Counted from the whole stretch's first letter, positions 13,042-26,412 are shown. The stretch: 59,031 nt of DNA, filler included, from Sphacelaria rigidula (GCA_964200075.2; 9 parts of 9 records of this genome joined end to end with filler, not necessarily neighbours in it), one strand, 5' to 3'. The notes: a model not told the origin generated them from the letters alone. Made by a program: numbers and translations.

Positions 13042-16000
13042 NNNNNNNNNNNNNNNNNNNNNNNNNNNNNNNNNNNNNNNNNNNNTTAATTAATTAANNN
13101 NNNNNNNNNNNNNNNNNNNNNNNNNNNNNNNNNNNNNNNNNGGTTAAATAGAAAGGAGGGTTAGCTTCTCTATTTCATGTCTATGTCCGGGCTGTGTTAT
13201 AGTAGGTCAAATAGGGGGGGGGGGGGGAAAGGGTTGTTACAGCATCATCCCCGCGGCGCCCTTTTCCCGTATCTGACTGTTCAAGTGTACGTCGTGGTCG
13301 TTCCTTAGAACAAGCTCGCACAAGGTCCTTGAGATGTGCTGAGAAATTTTTTGATTCAGACAGAAGGACGAAAAGTTGGCTTAGACAACAACTTATCGTC
13401 TGTTCTTATTTGTCCACGATGGACACCATTGAAAACGCGTCTTGCCCCACTCTGTGAAAATAAAAACGTCGATTTTGACCCCCCTCTGTCGTTCAACGAC
13501 TCAGACGGTCCAAGTTCTGAACATCGCTCACTTTGGGCTAGGTTACTGTACACTACCTATTATTTGTTAAAGACACAGCGAAGGGAATACAGTAGAGCTA
13601 GATAGATGTCATCTTCTGAAAGAACACGCAAGCAAACAAGGAGCGGGTCATGTCTTGCTAGCCACACGACAACGGGGAGCCTTGAAATGAAAGTGGTACT
13701 GGCTGGAATTGTGCGTTTTAGTACCCCACCAACATACCTGCTGCACGTGGAACTCTCGTTGCTTGTCTTCTTGGATCATTTCTTTTTCCTGCTGCACCAG
13801 CTCATCCGTCGCAGCATCGCTGAAGAATGCCTGCCACCATCGCGAATGGGAAGATTACTTTCATAAATACTTGAAACGGGCATCTCCATTCAGTCAGCAA
13901 ATGTACTATTAATAACGGAATTTAGTACCGGAGATGGACGCAAAGTCTGGCAGTATTCACTGTACAGAATCTGCGCCATGCTCTATTTGTTCGACGTTGT
14001 GCTACAAACACACAAGCATATGACGTGAGTTGCGGACACTGCGCCAAATTGGGAGGGAAGAGTACATCTATACGCACGGGTTGCAAGAGGACGATTTTGT
14101 GGAACTTTGGCAACGTACTGTGCCTCGGTCTTGTGCAAAAGATTATCAACCTCTGAATCTCAGCATACCGGAGAACATGTGGGAAATGTAAAAATAAGGC
14201 ATCGCCCAACGTCATTGGGACACAGTTATGGTGAATGCATTGCGAATGGCATAAAATATGTCTGTCGCAAATGTGTCCATTTCGTGAACTTCTGACTAAG
14301 GGGTTATCAAATTTCAGGTAGTCTAAAGATTATGGCATCCAACATAGAACTAATGGTTTATAAGAACACCAAGCCTGCGATGTTTACTAGACACCTGTGT
14401 GCGGATTCGGCGATAATTTTCCTGCATGGCTTCATTTGCTCAGGAGTCTCCATACATTTTTAGCGAAGGTATAACATTGTCGAATTTCGAGTGTTCAATG
14501 TTGGAGGGTTTTCCCGATGGTAGTAGCTGCTGTAGTAATAGTTTCATCTGTGCTCCATATTTCATCACGGGTTTTGTGGTCTTCGTTTCTTTGCAAATAC
14601 TAACATGATTACCAATAAGAAATGCAATCGCATTCTCCAAACGTGGTCTTACATGAGATCTCGCGTTCGTGCACGACCAATGATACGTCGCAATACTAGC
14701 CTACAAGAAAAAAATGTTGCCTCGTAACCCTCGACTGATATCTTTGTTAATATACAGGCCATGTACGTACATGTGCACGGTTGAACATGGTGTATACTGC
14801 GGATTAGACCTATGTAGTGTAGGCCTATAGAGTAGTGACACAGCATCACGGTGACGATGCTGTCGTGAGATATATGAGTACGGGAGGTTCCCATAAGGAG
14901 GTTCCAGAACAGTAGATGCGGGATATTCCGCGGGTTGTTTCCGAGTGTTTTCTGGGAGGATGGTGCTTCTCGGGGAAAAGCTAATGACAAGGACAACGAG
15001 CGACGCCCTCAGCGGGTTAGTTGCCTTACGAGGTACGTGAGAAGCATGGAGTTTGCAGTTGGAGGGTATGCAGCGGATAAGGGACTATTCTCTCTGCTAC
15101 AGCCGGACTGCGCCACATCGGGCGTTCCGAAGACCATGTCAACAGCGGAGCAGCGTAGGGCGGACGAGACTCATTAGTGCAACACACAGACGGTGCGGTT
15201 TCTCCTAGCACAGGCCAGGAGGGAGTCAGCAACAGCAATAGTCACACGTAGTCACACGATATTAGCGCAGCAGTAACCTCGACCGACGGCAGGGAAGCCT
15301 CGCTGGAGCTCGAAGGGATCTACGGAGGACGTGCCCAGGACGAACGGCCTGTGAAAATATTTTCATTGGAATGAAGACTGCGGGATTCCAGTGCAACTCT
15401 GCAGAAGAATCAGCAGATTTCGTGGCGGAGCTTGACACCATCTGGAGGGAATTCGAGGCACTTGGAAACTTCAAAGCAGGCAAGAAGGGGAGGGCAGCCC
15501 TTCTCATTGAAATTATGGTGGTGCTTTTCCAGGTGCTCACCCAACTAACGACGCAGACAGGTATGACGTACGATCAGCGTAAGCAAGTAGTCGTAGCCTC
15601 AGCATATCTGACATTAGACGTGGAGCGACGCGACTCGGCGCTCGTATTCCAATCGAGAAGTGACGGCAACAAAGGCGACTCGGCGCTCAATGGCAATCAA
15701 TGCGCGTAGTGCTTGAGGCGAAATAATATCTGGCGAGAATGCCGCTCCCACCTCAACGGCGAATTTCTCGCGAAACAACCGCCAGGCATGAACCCAGCAA
15801 GACAGTTCGTATCTCCTCCAACGAACAGAAGGAACAATCGAGGGAGACCCACCTCAACACCATTCAATGCCATAAACGTGGTCATCAAGGGTGAGCGAAT
15901 CTTGATAGGTGTGACGAAGTGGTTACGTATAGAACGACTGACAGTCGCACGGAGGTCTCGATCCTCTGTGACTAAGGAGCGAAGGGTCTATGTGACCTTG

Positions 16001-16564
16001 AGTATACATGATCTCACCCGGGGACATGCGGTCCATCGGAGCTGCGCATTGGAGAACAAAGGGCAACTGCAGGCACCAGCTACGAGGGCCTTTTCATTGG
16101 GAATGAGAGCTCCGGGAAAAGAGGCACGAACAAGAACATTGCTGAAAGACCACCTTCCCGACTCCTGAGTACCGGGACAAATCGTCGTAACGGAGGAGAC
16201 TCTCTAGACTTCGGGTCCAAGTAAATTACACTTCATCGGCAAAGACGGATAAAAAATGCTCCTAGCAGAAACAAAAAGGGGTTCTTCGTGCTGTCAGCAA
16301 CCGTGCGGGCAAAGGACAACGACTGTGACAACGGACATGCGGTGTACGGTGTATCGCGAGTACAAATCAGACGCGCTTTCGGACGGGAGGGAAGGCCGTA
16401 GTTCCAAGACTCCACGGGAAGCTGTTCGCACAGACGTGAAAGGATCTGTCCACCCTGACATTTCTGGCACACAGTACTTCCAGGTGTTTGTGGACGAAGC
16501 TACCTACGACAAGCGTGTCAGAGCACTGAGGACGAAGGATTCAGCCACGGACGCGACATTCAAC

Positions 16565-16875
16565 TTGATTGATTGTTTAATCAATTGTCGCACTTTGACT
16601 GACCCCCGAGGTAGTCATGATCCAACCGGGGTCATTTTCCACCTGATATACATACCCGAGACATGACGAAACCGAAGCACTCGCTGAAGAAAAGGACAAA
16701 AAGAAACCAGAAAAGGTGATGGAGTAATGTAAGACAAGAAACAAAATAGAGAACGACAGAAGAAGAAAAGAAACAAATAAATAGAAAAGGTCGGCCTCCG
16801 TGACATGGTGTCGATGAAAAAGGTCTTGCGCATAAACCAGACTCATACCCGTCGTGAGAAACAAAACACTGTGTG
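16565..16875 (-). mobile_element. Inserted repeat with (CAAT)n-like tail (probable retroposon 3' end)
   Basis: Interrupts the Copia integrase. Shares AGGTCGGCCTC..GAAAAAGGTCTTGCGCA with ~1635-1700. Confidence 0.55.
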
Positions 16876-17471
16876 AAAATATTGACTCAACGGAATAGCG
16901 GGGGAAGGCGTGCCGATCAAGTGTATCAGCGCCGACGGTGCGAGTGGACTTGGAACGCCCATCAAATTTCAGCGTATGCTGGCGGACCGGGGGATCAGGT
17001 AGAGGAGTTCCCCGCCTCGGACACAACAATCCAATGGGATAGCTCATGGAAAGAGCACAAAGTCAACTCGCAAAAGCATGAAAAGAAGAGGACTGCCGGT
17101 TCTTCGCTGTGACGGATGCCGCACTCAAGACGGCGAGAACGTCCCAAGAACATCTTGGAGAAGCCCCACACGAGCGGCTGACGGGTAGCCGTTCAACGAC
17201 GATCGTGTCTGCATGTGGGTAATGGAATGTTCAGTGCACTAGCATCGGCAAGAACGAAGCACAGGATCAAAATTCCCTCTGTACGCAGAACGCGGGATAG
17301 TGGTTGGGCATGATCGCCCATCCCCTTGCTGGTAAATGTGGCCGATACAGGACTACAGACTCGTGAAGTCGCCACACGGTACGTTCTAGTCTTAAGTCAA
17401 GGTCTTGGACATCGCGGGGGAGTTGAATGCTGTCGAGCTAAGCGGCGACAAGGACGGACCGGGGACATATA

Positions 17472-18025
17472 CAGCAGTGGGCGGTCTAACTATTAATTTT
17501 GTGACATTTATTTTTTATTTTTTCGTAATTGGCAACTTTCTTGGGCTCTTTTCGCTTGCCACCGCTTATCACATTGGGGATCTGAAGATATTTTTATCCT
17601 CTCAACATTCCAAGAAGAAAAAAAACATCTGTACTCAATATTGAGTGACTTAGGGGCTGACCGGTCATCGGGGGTCCTGCCACGTTTCAGCCCAGATTTT
17701 TACTCTTCGGCATTTTCAGTCGATCGAGCCTGTCTCGATCATATTTGTGAAGAAATATACAATTTTATTTTTTTGAAATTCTACCTACTCATTGCACTAA
17801 AGACGAAAAACTGTGTTTCACGGTCAATAAGACCCTCCCGATATACGGGGTAGTTAATCGTATCGCTTGATAACACCAACCAACACGGACTCGGGCACTG
17901 TGTCTCGAGGATGATCTGTTCATTGTACCAACATCTACCGACGCCAGCAATTTCGAGTTCTATCGAGACGTAGTACGCGAGGAAAATCCCAAAAGACCCC
18001 TGAATAGTCAGACCGCCTACTACTG
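17472..18025. mobile_element. Tc1/mariner-type MITE, second copy
   Basis: TA|CAGCAGTGGGCGGTCT...AGACCGCCTACTACTG|TA. Inverted homolog of 1916-2466. Confidence 0.85.
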
Positions 18026-18204
18026 TAGGCATTCAACAGAATATTAAGACGATGATGATGTTTCAGGTGGACAGCAAGAGGATTCGACATCACTAGAGCG
18101 CTCCTCTCCGGATAGTGAACCGCGTAGGTCCAATCGACTGGTCCAAAGACGTTGATGAAACACCACACACCAACGATTCAGAAGTCCTAACGCCATCGAT
18201 TCCG

Positions 18205-18480
18205 ACAATGAGAATTTCCCCATTGTCGAGTGATACTTTTTTCTACTTGATCTCAGAGTGAATACCGATATCCGGATTTTGAGAGGGGTTGACAGTCTCG
18301 AGCGCCTCTGCTCGTCCAGAACGTGTGTTCGTCCAAAATCGGTGCCGCAGGCGCCGATTTGAGGTTTGCTAACGCACACTTTACCTGGGACACCCTCGGC
18401 ACCCCCCTCGCCCGAGGGTCCTCTTATGCCTTGGTCGGGGTTATAGTCAGGGTTAGCGTTAGGGTTGGCGGCACCATATA
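18205..18480 (-). mobile_element. MITE-like repeat with TTAGGG-like array
   Basis: Homologous to ~10640-10975 (inverted) and ~53330-53590. Shared core CCAAAATCGGYGCC..GGCGCCGATTTGA. Confidence 0.65.
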
Positions 18481-19711
18481 TTTTACAAGTCATTGTGTAC
18501 GACCAATGATTAAGATCCCCTCCCCATCGAACATAAAGCTAATCAAAACGTGCTTCCTTTACAAACTTGAACGGAAGGCATCGGAGGACACAAGGCACGT
18601 ATTGTGGCAAAGGGTTTCACTCAATGCCCCGGGGCGGAATCCTTCAAGGCATCAGCCCAGCCATCGAGTTCGATGTAGTGTGCATTGTCCTCACCATCTC
18701 CGCCATGCGAGGATGAACACTTCGAGCGCTGGACTCCAAACACGTGTATGTGAGTGCCGCACTCTTGGAAGATGTATGGCTGTAGCTTCCTCATAGAAAC
18801 ATCGTGAAGGCACACTCAACGTCATCTTCGGCTTAAAGCTGTAGGTAACGGAATGGTACAAGGAGCTACAAACGTAATTCTTAACAGCGGATGGGAGGGC
18901 GGCGAATACGACGAGTGCACGCACTACTACCGCGCAGGCGACGAGCGGATTGACGCACTCGATACATATCTGGACGACGCTCTTCCAGTCAGGAACTTCG
19001 ACGAGTAAATGCAACAGCTTGTTGACAACCCTTTGCGAAGGTACCAAGGACGGGACTTGGATGACTTGGATACGCCGGACAGGGTAGTCGGCGTTGGCTT
19101 AACCGTGACGAAACAACGACATCAATTGGAGGCTGTCACCACAGCACTCACTCTACACTAGCGGTATCGCCGTCAAAGGGATGGGTTTCATCGAGTGCGC
19201 AAGGCCTCGACACCACTCGACCCGGGGACAGACCTATCGACAAGACAGTGCCACGAAGAGGACGTGAGAATATTCGGGAAGCTCATGTTCCCGGCAGGAA
19301 TAGCGAGGCCAGGTACCTCTTGCAGCGTTCGAGAGCTTAGCCGACGGGTCGCGTGTCCCTGTTCGCGGTACTAGCGGGGGCTACAAGACGTACTCGCGGG
19401 GGAACGCTCAACGGCGACATTCGGTAAGAAGTGCCAAGGATGGCAACCCTATGGTCGGATACTCGCATTCCGCCTGGAGCCAAGACACGGAGAACCGCAG
19501 GGGCATTACTGGATATCTTCTGTTATCCAACGGATTACCCATCGCCTGGAAGTCGAAGTCACAGATGAGTCATCCTACGATAGGGGGGGGGGTATTTGGT
19601 TGCACCAAAAANNNNNNNNNNNNNNNNNNNNNNNNNNNNNNNNNNNNNNNNNNNNTTAATTAATTAANNNNNNNNNNNNNNNNNNNNNNNNNNNNNNNNN
19701 NNNNNNNNNNN

Positions 19712-19968
19712 GGTGGGATGGAATCGTTTGAGGCATTAGACAGTAGGGAGAAAACGATGGTCATACTAGGAGATAGATGGTGGCCACAGACGGCGAAACA
19801 GGATGGGGATAAGATATGTAGAAGGTTTTTGTGTAATGTGCGGAAAAACGTAATGAGCGCCAGAATGGTGAAGGTGACTCTATGAGGAGTAGGAACGGTG
19901 CTCCGTCTCGAAAGGGGTGCGTAGTCAATGGTCAAACAACTGAGGTAAGCAACAAATGAGTACGCCTC
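19712..19968 (+). mobile_element. LINE family A 3' end
   Basis: GGMESFEALDSREKTMVILGDRWWPQTAKQ...VVNGQTTEVSNK* followed by GTACGCCTCC. Confidence 0.85.
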
Positions 19969-20744
19969 CATTCAGTTGTGGATAGTAAAGAGTTTCGGAA
20001 ACCGCTTTTTGTCGTTTCATAGTGCAAATATCTCGGGATGAGAGTGTAACGAAAAATTATTCGCCCTTCTGTCAAATGTGATATACCCTTGACTTTTTTT
20101 CGATGAGATGTTTTTTTTATCCTGCACTCTGATCCCGATATATTTGCCCTCTGAAACGACCAAAAAAGAGCGTTTTTCGAAACTATTTATCATCTCATCT
20201 TGGTTCCTCCTGTATGCTTCCATACTTTCTCGATTACGCTATCCCACCTTACTATGTTACAGAAAGAAAAATGTTCATAGCTCGTTCTTGATCAGCATTG
20301 CTTAAGCGATAGTAACACAACGAACACCGTAATTTGACAAGCCAACTAAATTTTGGCTACTGCTCGCTCATACACCCATGCATCACTGACTGTATGGATT
20401 TTATATTATCATTTTTACATGCGAATTGCCGTTTTTGTACATACATATCTCTCTGCGCGTAAGTTCCGATTTTAATTACTACATCAAGTGTTTGACTAAT
20501 CGCTTATAGAGCAAACAGCCGCCAACTCACGCACGGTATCCACCGACGGGGATGATGAGTCCAACGCAAAACACGTCACTCTGAACGTCAGGGTGCCTTG
20601 AGCACAGCTTCAAGGTGATGGTTTTCTCTTTCGTATTGGTGATGTTGAGAACTCAATCAAGGGTCAGCTTCGCTTACTTCTTATCAAGAGCATTTTGAAC
20701 ACCAAGGTCCCCCCCCATTCGATCCCGTCTTGAAGAATCCGCGT

Positions 20745-20818
20745 GGTCCGTCTCGAAAGGGATGCGTGGTCAATGGTCAAAAGACTGAGGCAAGCAACGA
20801 ATGAGCACACACACCCCT
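20745..20818 (+). mobile_element. Short family A tail
   Basis: CCGTCTCGAAAGGGATGCGTGGTCAATGGTC...ATGAGCAC. Confidence 0.8.
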
Positions 20819-20999
20819 GAAGAGGAACTGAATCCGACCGGATGCAAGGAGGCGTCTTTGTAACCATCGCGAACAGACTGAAAGATCCCCAAACTCTGAC
20901 TGGGATACCAGCCGGTCCCGCAATCAGCCTTACGGGCATCGCTAGTCGAATAGCTAGCCCATCCTCGTACTGACCCTCCACCACTACGCCGCGATCTAT

Positions 21000-23900
21000 A
21001 GCAATTCCAGCCTGCTCTTTCGTCATTTTCTTCCTACAGCCTTATCAACAAGGGTGGGCAATCTCTTTCTTGGCGTGCTCCTTACGTTATGTTGTCATTT
21101 CAATTTTCCCATGTATCTGTTCGTTCAAAATGTATACATCCCCAATTTTGCTCTCAATACTGTATTGCTCGTCGCTTTTGGGCATCCAAGCATTTTCTTT
21201 GCCGCTGTCATCTGTACTGTTCCCAGATGCTTCACGAAGTTCGCATTCCTTTCTCATACATATTCCAGCTTCGGTACAATCACAATCATCAAAATACAAT
21301 ACATCGCTTAACCCTAGTATCGAGGCGCGGGTCTATTGAGATCACGTCCATCTTGCCTATATACCTGTGCCCACGCTTTTCTATTTATATGTCGCTATGT
21401 GCATTCCAAGAACAGTTTTTCGGTATATCTACGCTAAGGTATGTCTGCTGATCTACAATCAGTCATTCTTCTTCGCCCCACTTTCACTTGAATGTTACCG
21501 GCTTTTTCATATCCTCGCTACGACCGCCGCGTATTTTTCTAAGTCTGCTGTCACTACCCATTTCCTTGTGTGTTCTGGCACCCTTTCTATTTGTTTTTGT
21601 AATCCTCCTGGCGTTTCTGATATCCCCACGAGATCATCTGCGAATACCAATAATGATACCGTATCTTCCTCACTCTGATTTCATGTTTTTCTACGTCTAC
21701 TGCTAATACCAGATTAATAGTCAACACTTTGAACCGAAAGTGGGTGATAACGTACATCCTTGCTCAACTACTTGTAAAACATCGACATATCTCGATATTT
21801 CCCCGTCTAGCATCACAGTACTTCTCAAACATTCTGCGACATTTTCCACACCTTTTCTCTGATTTCCCACACCGTTTTCTACAACTCATTTCTCCATACT
21901 GTGCCATAGGCCTTCTGTGCGCCTAGAAAGAAACGGTACGTTGTTAGCCCCGCGTCTTTCCTACCCTGAATAATCTCACCTAATGTGTACACATGGTCTT
22001 CGCAGCTACGGCTTGGTCTAACCCCAACTGCTCTTCGCTGATTTTTTCTTCCTTTTTCAGGATTGTTCACATTCTATTATTCAGAATATTGCGAAATGCT
22101 TCCCCTGCTGTGCTTAGTACCTTCATCCCTCTATAATTCCCTGGGTCAGCCTCAATTCCTTTCTTGAAAAGGTATACTATTCATTCCCTCCACCTCTTGG
22201 GTGTGTACTGGTTTTCCCAGATCCAACCATACAACATAATCATCATGGTAATCATTCCCTTCCCCCCGTAATTCACGATTTTATTCACCATTTCGTCTGC
22301 CCCTGCTGCCTTTCTATTCTTGAGTTCAGCTACACATTCCTTTACTTCCTCTCCTGTAAAATATCTCTGCAATTCTGAAACCATTAACTTCCCCCTTTTG
22401 ATGCCTCTACATTCGCCTCTTCCCACGCGTTCATTTCTTTCTAGAACTTCGCGTCGAACCTCCGGATAGCTGTTGGTATTCCTCGTTTCTGGTAGTGCTT
22501 TGTTGGTAGTTCTCTTTCTTCTTCGAACGACTAACCATTTTACCGTTTCATGCTCCAGGTGTGGCTATTCCCTTGTCTGCCTCTCTTGCCTGCTTGCCCA
22601 GTATCCCTTTCATCCCTACCCACATTTGCTTTCATCCCGCCATCAAAGCCTTCTTTTCTTTTGTGAAGTACATTTTTTCATTCCCCCTTCTTTTTCTTCT
22701 CCGCCATGTATTTTGCCTCTTCTCTGGCATTAGCATACTCCCCGCATCCTTCAGTACTTTCACCCGACGCTTGTGCAGCGTGGACCTCTGTCCTCACTCT
22801 TACAACCTCTTTTACTTGGTCACCCCACCATTTTACTGCTCGATTGCGTGCTGTGGTCTTGACCATTCCCTCCCATCCTTGTATAATCTTCGCTTCTGCC
22901 CGATCCCTCTCTATTTCGGTATTAGCAGTTTTGTTCATCTCCTTTTGGAACTCTAGCTGCTTTCCCTTTATTCATAGTTTATCTATTCTCCATTCGTACA
23001 CCTTCCTACCTCGCATATTTCTTATAACTTTCGTCTGCTGGCCGTCCATATGAGGCAGTGATCCGCAGTTCTTACGTCCGCTGCGTGTACGCGTATTTCC
23101 GTTTCCATACTACTTGCACATTCTACCACTGTATAGGCGAGGACATAGCTTCTCCCCTTTGTTTCCGTTGTTTAGCCTACTGCGGATCTGACTTTTGACC
23201 CTGTTGTTTAACGTCTTTATCTCTTCCTTCTCCAGAAACTTCAGTGTCATCACCCCGTTAACAGCCGATCATCGAAATGGAGGACGGAGCTCTTCATGGA
23301 GGATGACGACCAGGATTCAAATCTTCGGATCCACACTAAATCTTCGAAATATGGTTCCATTCCTTCACCTACTGGTAGGTATTCACAACTGCTACACGCC
23401 CTACAATTTTGGATTCGGATCACCTAAATTCCTCGAAAGTGGTTTTTCATCTAGGACCCTAACATTTCGGTTACATCAATCCAAAATTGTAGGGCGTGTA
23501 GCAGTTGTAAATACCTACCAGTAGGTGAAGGAATGGAACTATATTTCGAAAAATTGGTGTGGATACGAAGATTTGAATCCTCCGGGTTGTCATTCTCAAT
23601 GAAAAGCTCCATCCTCAATTTCGATGATCGGCTGTTCGTTCGTATTCTTGTTCGTTTCCCCGTATTGCCCAATATTATTATTCGGTTGGCTGGTTTTTCC
23701 AATCCTTGCATTCATATCATATACGAACATTGCTGACAGTGCTTGTCTTGCCTTTCATACTGCCGCACGTCTGCTGCTATCTTCCCCAATTTCTTCTGTG
23801 CATTCGTTACCCAGCCCCTTTTACCGTACTATTCAACCCTAGGGGCATAGTAGTACTCCTCAAGAATACATATTTCTCTCCCCGCTGTCCTGGTATCCTT

Positions 23901-24117
23901 ATCCACATGCTCTCGCCGATTTTTTTTGTGTTTGGTCACTCCTGTTACGTCACACAGGTTTTCCTTGACCAGGGATCCTACTCCCCTGCTCCAATATTTC
24001 CTTTTTTTCTGTCCTACTATTTCCTATCCACGCGTGCTCTTCAACAAATCATTCTATTCCCCCATCAATTTCTCCAATGAATCTTGGATTCCCACTATAT
24101 CTAGATCAAGCACAGTC
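21000..24117 (-). mobile_element. Degenerate APE-RT LINE ORF2
   Basis: RT fragments ELKNRKAAGADEMV..YTPKRWRE and QGRKDAGLTTYRFFLGAQKAYGTVWRNEL. Homologous along its length to 35520-38070. Confidence 0.9.
23260..23636. mobile_element. MITE with AACAGCCGATCATCGAAAT TIR and 4-bp TSD CGTT
   Basis: CGTT|AACAGCC...GGCTGTT|CGTT. Interrupts the LINE. Confidence 0.9.
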
Positions 24118-24241
24118 GGGGGGGGGGGGGGGGGGGGGTGAGGGGTTGTTCACGTATGGGTCACCCCGTTCGTGTAAGCCAAAAANNNNNNNNNNCTCCT
24201 CCCTGGACCCCTCCCCATCTCGGGACGAGCCGCAAAGGGAA

Positions 24242-24277
<36 letters not shown>

Positions 24278-24279
24278 CA

Positions 24280-24940
24280 GGGCTCCTCACGGTATACGTC
24301 ACACGTACGTTACACGTCACAAACGTTACGTCACAAGAGTGTGACGCAACGTAGAAAACGTTTTTCGGATACGTCAAAAATGTGACATGACATAACGTAC
24401 CGGTGGAAAAATGTGACGTGACGTAACATACAGTTTTTCAAGACGTCACAAATGTGACGTAACGTGATGTATTTTTTTATACGTCACACTAATTTATTTC
24501 GGAACATTTATGTGACGTGTAACGTATGAGACACGTCACGATAACATTCCAAAATACGTTACACGTCACAAGCGTAACGTATATTATTCACTACACGTCA
24601 TAAGAAGGTTTCAAAATATGTTACACGTCACAAACGTAATGTATACTATTCGTTGTACGTCACAATAACGTTCCAAAACACGTTACACGTTACAAACGTA
24701 ACGTATATAATATTCGTTACACGTCACAATAAACGTTTCAAAATACATTACTGTGACGTGGCGTAACGCATAACTTTTCAAGACGTTAAAAGTGTGACGT
24801 AACGTGACGTACCGGTAAAAAAATGTGACGTGACGCAACGTATAACTTTTCATACGTCACAAAGTGTGACGTGACGTAACGTATAACTTTTCATACGTCA
24901 CACTTATGACGTAACGTGTAACGTGTAACGTGAAGAGCCC
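24280..24940. mobile_element. Foldback-like TIR element filled with ACGT/GTGACGTAAC motifs
   Basis: Left end GGGCTCCTCACG, right end CGTGAAGAGCCC. Internal blocks of CGTTACACGTCACA occur in both orientations. Confidence 0.75.
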
Positions 24941-24959
24941 AATAATACGCAGCCTGTTG

Positions 24960-25147
24960 GAGACGAAACGCGCGTCATATTCTTCGCCAGTCACGGATTC
25001 TCCCGCGCAGGTGCACGCGTAGGTCACCTACGGAACAGTACGTTGGTCACTTATGGAACGAGAATGCATGGCTGTGATGTGGGGGATCCAACGCGTGAGA
25101 CCGTGTTTAGCCAGTAGGAGGTTTAGGCTAGTCGCTGACTTTTCAGG
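24960..25147 (+). mobile_element. Ty3/Gypsy RNase H fragment
   Basis: ERECMAVMWGIQRVRPCLASRRFRLVADF matches the Gypsy RNase H pattern E.E.LAVVWA...FRPYL.GR.F...TD. Confidence 0.75.
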
Positions 25148-25151
25148 TCAG

Positions 25152-25458
25152 AATAGCCGATCATCGAAATTGAGGATGGAGCTTTTCATTGAGGATAAGA
25201 ACCTAGAGAGTAATAATCGGATCGCCGAAATTCCCCGAAATCGATTTTTCACCTATATATAGGACCCCAACATTTCGGTCATCGGAATCCAAATTTGTAT
25301 AGCGTGTAGCAGTCGTCAATAGCCACCAGCAGGTGCGAGGGAATGCGATGGAATACCATATTTCGAAGATTTGGTGTGGATACGAAAATTTCACAGTAAT
25401 TCTCCGGGTTCTCATCCGCCATGGAAAGCCCCATCCTCAATTTCGAGGATCGGCTGTT
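25152..25458. mobile_element. Second AACAGCC-TIR MITE, TSD TCAG
   Basis: TCAG|AATAGCCGATC...GATCGGCTGTT|TCAG. Confidence 0.88.
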
Positions 25459-25615
25459 TCAGAGGCATGATCGTTTCGTAGCCATAATTCGTGCGGAGAA
25501 TACGTGTTGAACTTTTTCGGCCTGTAACATACAGCATATATATATACATATCGACCGGTATGCGATACACCATGGGCGACACGACAGCGAATACCCAACC
25601 AATCAATGCACTGAA

Positions 25616-25965
25616 CCGGTCGCCCCGGTGGCTCAGTTGGTAGCCTCGTAACCTTCTGACGGTTGAGTAGTAGGGTTCGATTCCCGGAGCGATCTGGGAT
25701 CTTTTCTTACACCATGCCCAACGGTGGAGAGCGACTATGTCGTGGGTACACAAAATTCGACTTCACGGTCGACGAGGGAGAGGGACTGCTGAACCCCTCT
25801 CGCGATAAAAAGTAGAGGCAAGCACCCCGCAGAAGGAAGGTGGGGTATTAATAACAAAAAAACTAAAAAAAAGCTCCTGTGTGACCCCGGCTGATGCGCC
25901 CACGTATACCGAAAGGTGTATTGTAGACTGACGCCCAGAATAAATGGGACGACAACACACACACA
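25616..25965 (+). mobile_element. tRNA-headed SINE ending in (CA)n
   Basis: A box TGGCTCAGTTGG and B box GGTTCGATTCC. Copies at 46946-47322 (+) and 53066-53690 (-). Confidence 0.8.
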
Positions 25966-26281
25966 ATGTCCCTCAACTCTTGAGCAACCGCATTTTTCTA
26001 CAACTTTAGTAGCCGGTTCTACTGTATGTCGGTCGGTAAAATAGTAGTTTCATATGTGGTAAAAACATGAGAATCTGAGAAGCCAAAATAATACTTCAAG
26101 TATAATATAGCAAACGCTTACGAACTGGGCCAGCCCAGAGACGGATTTAACCTGGCAGAGCAATATCTCATCACCGGAAACNNNNNNNNNNNNNNNNNNN
26201 NNNNNNNNNNNNNNNNNNNNNNNNNTTAATTAATTAANNNNNNNNNNNNNNNNNNNNNNNNNNNNNNNNNNNNNNNNNNNN

Positions 26282-26412
26282 GGCGGGGGGGGGGCGGGGG
26301 GGGGGCGGGGGGTCGGGGGGGGGGGGGGGGGGGGGGGGGGGCGTATTCATTTGTTGCTGGCCCAAGTCGTTTGACCATTGACCACGCATCCTTTTCGAGA
26401 CGGAGGGGGGGA
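26282..26412 (-). mobile_element. Short family A tail flanked by C-runs on the element strand
   Basis: G-run, GCGTATTCATTTGTTGC...CGAGACGG, G-run. Confidence 0.75.

Larger units (their letters stand above)
14950..19575 (+). mobile_element. Degenerate Ty1/Copia LTR retrotransposon internal region
   Basis: Integrase VRTDVKG..GTQYFQVFVDEAT (16420-16560) precedes RNase H GYSHSAWSQDTENRRGITGYLLLSNGLPIAWKSKSQ (19451-19565), which is the Copia domain order. Gag-like ORF at 15371-15709. Several insertions; LTRs not identified. Confidence 0.85.

Noticed and set aside
25616..25700. Functional tRNA gene
   Set aside because: It has no convincing cloverleaf and is always fused to the same downstream body in three diverged copies, which fits a SINE head.
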